Shown one piece after another: positions 50,300 through 58,496 of a stretch of DNA of 58,496 nt. Position numbers and translations under genes: made by a program. The notes under the pieces were generated by a model, which saw only the letters and a list, made by a program, of their open reading frames with translations, searched no databases and had not been told where the DNA came from. Source of the stretch: Spirogloea muscicola. Taxonomy: Eukaryota. Positions within the stretch are counted from its first letter, which is position 1. Each line of letters begins with the position of its first letter. The DNA is taken from assembly GCA_009602725.1 (NCBI GenBank), contig WELB01000009.1, positions 218,374 to 276,869 on the forward strand, in the 5' to 3' direction.

Positions 50300-52179
50300 G
50301 TGACCACGGCTTCTGGTGGCGAGGTGTCGCCATTGTGGTGCCCAACTGCAATGCCTTGCGCACTAGTATCATGCAAGAGACGCATGAGCCTCAGTGCAGT
50401 GGTCAGTTGGGTGTTGGAAAGACAAGGAAAGCTACATAGCTTCTTCTATGGTGGCCGGGCTTGTCAGTCCAGTAGAGTCTTCGTGCGGACTTGCGCCACC
50501 TGCCAGCGAGTACGGCACGTTCTCCCAAACCTGCCAAGTGCTGGCATGTCTGTGAACCGAGTATGGCAACTGCACGGAGTACCCGCGAATTGTCTGACCG
50601 CAATCCATGTCCACAGCTTTCCACCCACGACCAGATGGTCAGTCAGACTTTGAGGTCGAAGTGGGTCTTGGCAGACATGCTAAGGTATTTTGTAAGCCTC
50701 GGTCAGCCTGACTGGGACGAGTACCTTGCTCCAGCGAGTATGCTGTGAACAACGCCTTTCATGACTCCCAAAAGCACGCCCTTCTTGCTGAATGTCAGCA
50801 TCCCCGATCACCTTTGCAGGTGGGACGGCCAGAGTGCGTTCCGGCCGCAGCTTTACCGGTGACCTCCTGGAGGCTCAGCGGAGGGCTAAGCAATTCTTGA
50901 CAATTGCTCACAACCCGCAAGAGCAGTATGCTGATTGACGTCGCAAGAATGTATTCTTCGACGTGGGTACCCCAGTGCTATTGAGCACTAAACACCTAGC
51001 CTTGCGGGCTCTGGGTGCGCCCAATTGCTGCCCAAGTGGGTTGGGCCCTTTCGTGTAGTGTGCCTGGTCGGCAAGGTCGCATATGAGCTTGATACACCGG
51101 AACCACGGTGACTCCATGTGTCTCAGCTCGAGCCATACCATGCGGATGGCCGTGTCCAACCGCCCCCACCTCCCCTCGTTCTTGACAACGAGTAAGATTA
51201 CCCAGTGGAGGGAATTTTCTCACACCGGAACATTCTCCGTGGGCGTTGTAAGTCCCGTGAGTCTCTTATCAAGTGGCTAGGATATGCGCCTGAGCACAGT
51301 ACATGTAAATGTGCGGTCAATCTTGCCAATTGTCCTTTCCTCGTTGACGAGTATCTGACAGAAGGCATTGCCTCTTTTCTCCGTCGTCCAGGATCTTCCC
51401 GCCGGGGTTGATTCCCCTGGGTCGAGCCCCTGTAGTGCTGCTCCCTTCTTGTTCCCGAGGACGTGAATATCTATGTGGGGAGGTATGTAACGTTCCCACC
51501 GTTTGAGAGTGCCAACGGTGCCGGTATGCTTACATGATCGTATCGTATCTACCGTTTGGGAGATCCAAACGGTGCGGGTAGTCTGCTACAGCCCGTGTAG
51601 CTAAGTACGGTCCAAAATCCGGGGCTTCTGACCGCGCGGCATCGTCCGCCAGTCGTACTGTCCGAGAGGCGCTGCTTCGCGGCATCGTCCGGGAGTTGTC
51701 TCCATCCGCCAGGCGCTGCTTCGCTCGCGCGCGGCAGCGTCCGGCAGATCCGTCGTATTCCCTTGTCAGGCCCGCCCCTCCGGGGGAAGACCTTGGGGCA
51801 GCCCTCGTCACACCCTCGGGGGGAGGGGTGGCGGATGGAACGCTTACCAGTTGTAGGCAGAGGCCAGACTGCTCAGTCGGACCTGTGACGCCAAGAGAGG
51901 CACAGCCCTGCTGCTGCCTGCTGCCACAGCCGCCGCCACAGCTCTGCTGCTGCCGCCTGCTGCCCAGCCCGTCGCCGCAGCTCATCGCTGCAGGCATCGC
52001 CGGCTCTCTGTAAGTACCATGGCTGCACCCCTTGCGGGGACAGCTGACCTCGTCGAGTCGCCGCCTTCCGGTGGTGCCTCAAGGTAAGACTTCCCTGCGC
52101 TATGTGCGCGTACGTGTGCGCTGTGTGCGCTGGCGTTCCACTCTGTAACGGGGTTGTCTCCAAAACACCCTGTCTCCAA
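50300..52179 (+). mobile_element. Chromovirus integrase/chromodomain remnant + PPT + 3' LTR family B (51486-52179, cut by N)
   Basis: FVRTCATCQR, VWQLHGVP, DMLRYFVS..DWDEYL, LPKWVGPF and LIKWLGYAPEH. PPT tgtggggaggta, then LTR TGTAACGTTCCCACCG. Confidence 0.85.
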
Positions 52180-52180
52180 N

Positions 52181-54105
52181 ACCGAGGGCGCGGCCGCGGC
52201 CGCCGGCGGCGCCTGCCCGCCGCATGGCGTCCTGTCCGTCTGCGGCCGGCGGCGCGACATGGAGGACGCCATTGCCGTCGTCCCGGCCCTCATCGCCGGC
52301 TTTTCGGCCGGGGAGACGTCCCCGGCAGCAGCAAGGCCGCGGGCTCCAGCAGGGAGTGGCAGGCGCCGGCCCACTTCTTCGGTATCTACGACGGCCACGG
52401 CGGTGCTCAGGTGCGGCCAAGGTTTCTGCTTCGCTGTCACTGCATGTTCCTGTGGTCACAGCCAATAACTAGTCAGCTGATCAGCTGGATCGCTGTAACT
52501 ATGCTGCCGATGGACTCGCATCCTGAGTATTACATTGTTGACTCACACAAACTGCAGCCCTTGAGGCAAGTGCAATCGCAATCTGCGCATTAGCACCTCG
52601 TTGCCTCCTACCTCTCCTCCTCCCTCCCCCCGCTGGTTCCTCCTGCCCTCTCTTCTCTCCACGCCCTGCCACCTGCAGATGTCCTCTGGGCTGTCGTGCG
52701 TACTCCATGGTGGTCTGACTGGGCACTGGCGGTGATGCTTGGGCCGGCAGGTGGCGTTTTTCTGCGCGGAGAAACTGCATGTGGTACTAGCAGAGGAGGT
52801 CTGGCGTGCTCAGGCGGCACTGCACTCTGCCGGCAGTCCTGGTGACTGGGAAGCTGTGTGGCGGGCGGCCATCACCGCCACGTTCTCGCGCATTGACTCA
52901 GAGATCAGCGGCAAGTGCACTTAGTAAGTACCTCTTGGCCGACCGTTGGCACGGTGCCAGCCAGGGTGGTGGCCGCAGCAAAATGGCCGTGAGATTGCTG
53001 CCATTTGTCGGATGCTAGAGCCTGCATTATTCCGGTTGATCAGAATCAATTGAAATTCATTATGATTGATGTATTGATGTATCTCAATATGACCAATGGT
53101 GAGTGCAGCTCTCAGGGACATGCGGCAGGCAGTCGTGCATGCGCCGGTTGTTGTCGAGAGCCCGTGGCACCTGAGACAGTTGGAACGACAGCAGTCGTTG
53201 CTGTCATTGGCAGCCAGCGCATCCTTGTGGCCAATTGTGGGGATTCACGCGCAGTCCTGTCCTCCGGTGGCACTGCCGTCCCGCTCTCCTCTGATCACAA
53301 GGTGTGCGCCTGCTTATGACCTTGGCTGTCGTCATCGCTGTCTTCACTTCCGGCGACAGCACAATAACCCACCCTTCAGCTGCTGTGGAGGCGAATGTAA
53401 TGTTGGCCTCATGCTGGACCTTGATGGTGCTGCAGCCGGACCGCAACGATGAGCGAGAGCGTGTCGAGGCCGCGGGGGGCCGCGTAATTTTCTGGAATGG
53501 TCACCGTGTCCTTGGCGTGCTTGCAATGTCCCGTTCGCTGGGTGAGTGCTCGCGCAGCTTCTTGGCCTCTGCAGCTTCTTGCCATCCTGTTATTTCTGCT
53601 TGCCCACATGGCAGTCTGTTGAGCTGCCACATAGACAATGACATTAAGTCTCTGGTTGCTGTTCTATACTGCCGCAGGCGATCGGTACCTCTCGCCATAC
53701 GTCATTGCAGAGCCCGAAATCAGCTGCACAGTGCGGTCGCGTGAGGATGAGGCTGTCATCCTTGCCAGTGACGGCCTGTGGGACGTGATCAGCAACGAGG
53801 CCGCCTGCAGCGTTGTGCGCAAGGTTTTCAGCCAGGCCCCTGCAGGTGCTGCTGGATCTCGCAGCAGTGCCACCGGCATCAGCAGGTCTTCGCCATCGCC
53901 GTTTGCAGCAGCTGTAGCTGAGGGCACACAGTCAAGCGATAGCAGCGGCGGCAGCGGCAGCGCCCCCAGTGCTGCCGGTGCGATCGGCCGAGATGATAGC
54001 CAGGCGTCCATGGCCGCTGCACTGCTCGTCAAGCTGGCGCTGGCCAAGGGCAGTGGTGACAACGTGACTGTCGCTGTAATTGATCTGCGCCCAGCACGAC
54101 CTTAG
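52181..54105 (+). CDS. Clade-A protein phosphatase 2C (ABI1/HAB-like); N-terminus lost at an N gap, one apparent frameshift in the first visible exon
   Basis: Exons ..52410, 52751-52923, 53109-53301, 53436-53541, 53678-54105 give [98 protein letters not shown] and GSGDNVTV. Confidence 0.9.
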
Positions 54106-57100
54106 CATGGCAGTAACCAGCAATCAGGCGTCCCAGATAGGCAAAGAGGATTACTATTACAGCAACTTTTACCCCCAGCTTCAACATGTCACGAACGAGG
54201 AAAGCCAAACCCCCCCACTCCTTCGCGAGCCAACCCACCTCCACCCATGTAACTTTCACACAGCTGCTAGCAACTCAGCCCTTGCCCCTCCACTCTTCTT
54301 CATCCTCTCACATCCCTTTCCAGTCATGCAAGTTTCAAATTGATGCTTGATGCCAAGTTGCCTTTCAACATTGTATTACAATCTCCTAAGTGAGTTCTTA
54401 TGCCTTTGGTTAGTCTGTTGACCAAGATTATTTTGTCCCCTTGCTGTACACTAGGGGGGTCCAGCTGCCACATTCAGCTTCTACTCCCTGTTGCAATTTT
54501 TTCCAGCTTATGCTGAGACCTTTAAACAGTTCTGCAGTACAAGCATTCTTTCCCATGACTTTCATGGAATGTCCCCGACCTACAATGTGGCGACAGGGGT
54601 TAAGTCTGCTTTGCTTTGCATTGCAATCTGGCCTTTTCCTTATCACGTCATACTTGCTCTTATTGCTTACCATCGTTGGACACGATCACAATAGTGTATA
54701 TAGCTGGTGTGCAATACCATTCACACCTTAGACCGCCATGTAGTTCTTGGATCTGCCTTGCCTTCTTAAGTGTACAATGCCCAGTATGGTTGCGTATAAC
54801 AGGTGGGCCTTGAGCAGGAAAGAAGCCGAGAAGGTCTTAATCGCCTTTATACCTTTAAATGAAGATGCGTGTGTGTTAAGAGATTTATATAAGAGGAACA
54901 AGATGTCAGCTAGGTGCTCTGAATGTCAGGTCGTTCATTGTGTTGTTCAATTTGGGGGTTAAAATACAAGAGATACAACTTGTGTTTTGCTTTCAACATA
55001 CCAAGCAGCAACAAATGTTACACAGACTGTGCTGCTTAATTAGGACAAGCCGAAATTGGCGCGCTTGCATATGAAGCCCGACAGTGTTGCACAGGAGAAG
55101 CTGTGCTTGCTATCATTGTCTGACATCCAGGTGATGTTCAATGTTTACATTTTGACAGTAACATATCAATCTATAGTGTGGTCTACTTCATGACCATGTG
55201 GATGCTTATGTTGCGCAACAAGAGTGCAATGTCGGAATGGCCTTGTCGTAGCTAGCATGTGAAAGTAAGCATGTCCTGTTCACAAGGCTTTGCTGCTCTG
55301 AAGCCTCTCAGCTCACAGGTGGCAACCATCCCATGGCACTCTTGACGAGTATGATTGATGTGCAACAACCCAATCCTCCATACTCAGGATGCAGCATAGT
55401 ATTGCATATGGTTGTTCGAGAATTCTACACAACAATTCCCTATTAGGGCACGCATATAGCGCGAGGCCTTGCTGGAGACATTGAAACGGCCTGGTACCAG
55501 CACAATTAGCTAGAGCCCACTCACTAGATATATTTGGACACGCAGAAGCGTAACTTGTGCATAAGGAGCATAATCAACACAGTAACAAATATGTGCGGTT
55601 CCCAGCATCTGGTGGTTAGCATGAGTCGTCAGCGAGCATTATCAAACCTATCATGGTTGCCACTTATCTCCTGAGTGTGGTGATGGGACATGGCGTCCGA
55701 CTGAAGAGATGGTGGTGTGAGGGGGAGTCAACTGATAGTTGATCTCAATGAGGCAGTGCAGAATGCTGGACAGCACTAGTCCATGTCCCGAGAGCATGGA
55801 CAAGAATGAGCACTGTCCACAATCACCAGGCATGTCTTCACAATCCAGACGTGCGAGATGCTGCCAACATGATCCGGGTGCGCCCAGTGTGACTCTAAAG
55901 TCAATACGATTGTCTACCTGGCTGGACGTCGTTCTGCTTGTTATTACTCCCTGTCACGTGGGCATGCAGCCACGTAGTCGTTCTGCTGGCCGTCCTAGCT
56001 CTTCTCCCTGTGGATGAACCGACGCATCAGAGCAATGTTGGCTTGCTGCTTATCTACTACAGCCTCTTTGTTACTGGAGCAGCATAATTCGTTGCTCTCT
56101 GCTAGTCTATCATTTGCAAGGAGGCATACAATCCATTAAACAATGATTAAAATTTGGTGTGAGCATCATCCTGGATACCTGTATGCATCTTGTATTCATG
56201 TCTAAGCAATAGACAACCGTGTATTTGCACCAAGGGGCAGTCAGCAAGGCAGCCATGGCAGCGTGCGACGACAAGGCATGCGCGCTTTGTGAGAAGAGGT
56301 GGAACTTGCACGTTGCTCATACTACAAGCACGTAAAGCTGGCGTTGCTGACTTTGCACGATCTCAAAGGCCAAAAGCCTTTGAGCTCGTGCTGTAGTGTA
56401 CCTATTTCAATGTATATAAGCACTCAGCGGTATAAGTAGCTTTGTGATGTTGCATTCCGATCAAGAGAGAGCTGTTTGTCACAGAGCTCAAGCCCTCCAA
56501 GTCACCGACTCCTTATGATCAATCATGTGTTGACAAGCTGTAGCAGGAGGTGCCGTGTCATGCACAAGATGCTGTTAATCTATGGCTTCGTTTTCAGGTT
56601 CCTCTCATGGCCTCCTGCTCCAGGACAAGACCAGAGTCCCAAAGTTAGCACGACAAGCATGTCACACCTCTTTGCCACGACACTGGCTTCACTGCCTTTG
56701 ATGACTCAGTACTTACAAGGTCATCTACTCTTCTGGAAATTGGGAACTGCCAAGTGGCACTCCTTCTCCCGAAGGCATGATAGACTTGACCAATGCGCAG
56801 ATGGTATCAAAGCATGCCCAGCATGCCCAGGATGCTCTGTGCAAAGTCCTGCGGCATCTTGACGACCTTGTAAACCGTCAGCACTGATCATCACCCCGCA
56901 GCCACTCGTATGCAGTAGCCTTGAGGTCCGGCGTGCAAAGCCATGCTTGCTTCATGGGACTGTTTGTGGCTTGTGTAGTGAATCTGGCACACTGCTCACG
57001 TTCTGGCAACTGTGCACTAGCAGCGCGAGCTAATATGCAAAATACCAGCACCCATGGTTGCTCGGCCCCTAACAATGAAACGATCATTCTGTAGAGAAAG

Positions 57101-57516
57101 TGAAGGCTGCAAAGCCCATGTAACATAGTTCTACTTGCCACTGAAATATTCTGCATCACCTCTGCGTACTTTCGTGCTGTGTACTGCATACTGAGCCTGG
57201 CCCCTGGTTGTTATGTTGGCAGCCAGCACTCGTGCAGGCACTTTCTGGCTCTTTCAGAAGCCCTGCAGGAAGAGTGGCGGCGAGAATCATACAATCAGCA
57301 CCCTCTGGTCAGCTCTGATCAACTCCTGCTTTTCTTGACATGCATAAGCCGTCTCCGCCAAGTCTTCTTGGCAGCGCCGCTAGCGGGCACAGAGCTGTAT
57401 TGACAGGCTCATCAGCCACTCTAGGCGAATGTCTGCACAGCAAGGTGGTCACAGAAGGCCAGTTTATAGAGCTTTATCTATGACCTGTGTGAACTATGAG
57501 CTCGGCAGCGCTACTG

Positions 57517-58201
57517 CTACAGGCCAAGGCCGACGGTGCGGCCATCGCGGCGGCGCAGGCCCGCTGCAAACTGCTTCTCCAGGTCCTCCTGCACCTCTCG
57601 CTGCTTCTCCTCTGTGAAGACAGCCACCGGCGCTGGCTCCTCCGCAGGGGCCGGCGCCACCGCAGCAGCTGGCGCCCGCACCTGGTCAGCCTTGACGCCC
57701 TGCACAGCAGTCAGCCACGAGGTGGAGCCTTAGCAATCCATGTCCAAGCAATGCGAGCAGCGGCAATGGGAGCAGCGCCAACAACGACAGAGGCCCCACC
57801 ATGAGCTTCTGGAAGCGCTCCTGGCGCTCACGGTCGGCGAAGTGCGCCGTGTCCCACCGGTTGACGCCCGCAGCAACTGTCACCTCCTGCCAGGACGTCG
57901 ACTACGACCAGGACGTCAACACAAACCATGCTGCCGGCCTCGAAAGACAGGCCACAGCCGGCTGATAAGGAGCGGCGCGGGAGAGCAGGAGCGGCGGCTG
58001 GGAAGGCAGCGCCGCTGTCTGGCGACTCGCCTTGCCGGCATCGGCTGCGGCTGCGGCGGCAGAGGTGGTGGCGGCCTTCTTGCTGCCCCAAAGGAGCTTC
58101 TTCTTCTCATCCGCGCTCAGGACCCCTGCCACGCCCAGGCTGCGGTTCACTGCACGCCGCCGGCGCCGCCGCCCCGCCGCCGCCGCCGCAGCGCTAGCCA
58201 T
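57517..58201 (-). CDS. Small acidic protein (SMAP)-domain / RSRC2-like protein
   Basis: Exons 58201-58031 (GC donor), 57886-57800, 57699-57517 give LSADEKKKLLWGSKK, NRWDTAHFADRERQERFQKLMGVK and EEKQREVQEDLEKQFAAGLRRRDGRTVGLGL*. Confidence 0.85.
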
Positions 58202-58496
58202 CGTGAAGCGAGCCCGGGGGGAGGGACGCCCCGCATCAGCACTAGCGGCCATGACAGCGCTCCGATCGAGGCCATCCCTTGCCGGCATCTCGACGTGGGG
58301 GGCGGACTGGCGATCGACTGAACCTTATGGCTTCTGTAATTGGCCAGACTCATCTGCGGACCTACAGAGTGAAATCCATTAGAGGTTCTACTGAGACTAG
58401 GGCTCCGGTTAGGCTTCTGTTAAGGCTCGACACCAAGACTATGTGCGGTCGAGGGCCCGGACACAGAGTGCAGTGTGCAGTGGAGGGAGGGGGGGG

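Noticed and set aside
52910..52916. GC donor (gcaagt) in PP2C
   Set aside because: A consensus gtaagt donor at 52924 joins in phase to 53109.
55650..56020. Possible LINE endonuclease remnant or gene
   Set aside because: Only isolated short motif resemblances, on inconsistent strands.

Overview
Eukaryotic, intron-rich, GC-rich DNA. The gene set (receptor-like kinase, PRR3/7-type clock gene, clade-A PP2C, plastid-targeted proteins) points to a streptophyte green alga or early-diverging plant (inference). Positions ~1-30 kb and ~52-58 kb are gene-dense. They encode a non-RD RLK/Pelle kinase, YJU2/CCDC94, a PRR that keeps its phospho-acceptor Asp, a PyrP2-like HAD phosphatase, an At5g03900-like plastid protein, a plastid class I aldolase with an atypical C-terminus, plastid RPL18, a clade-A PP2C and a SMAP-domain protein. 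Positions ~30-52 kb form a nested Ty3/Gypsy (chromovirus) island with solo LTRs bearing 5-bp TSDs and LTR-in-LTR insertions. The most notable signal is a decayed DNMT3-like cytosine methyltransferase in this island (minus strand, ~35350-36540). A solo LTR splits it, and removing that LTR restores the reading frame across motif VI (ENV). Exon boundaries were read by eye. Single-N gaps make some junctions uncertain.
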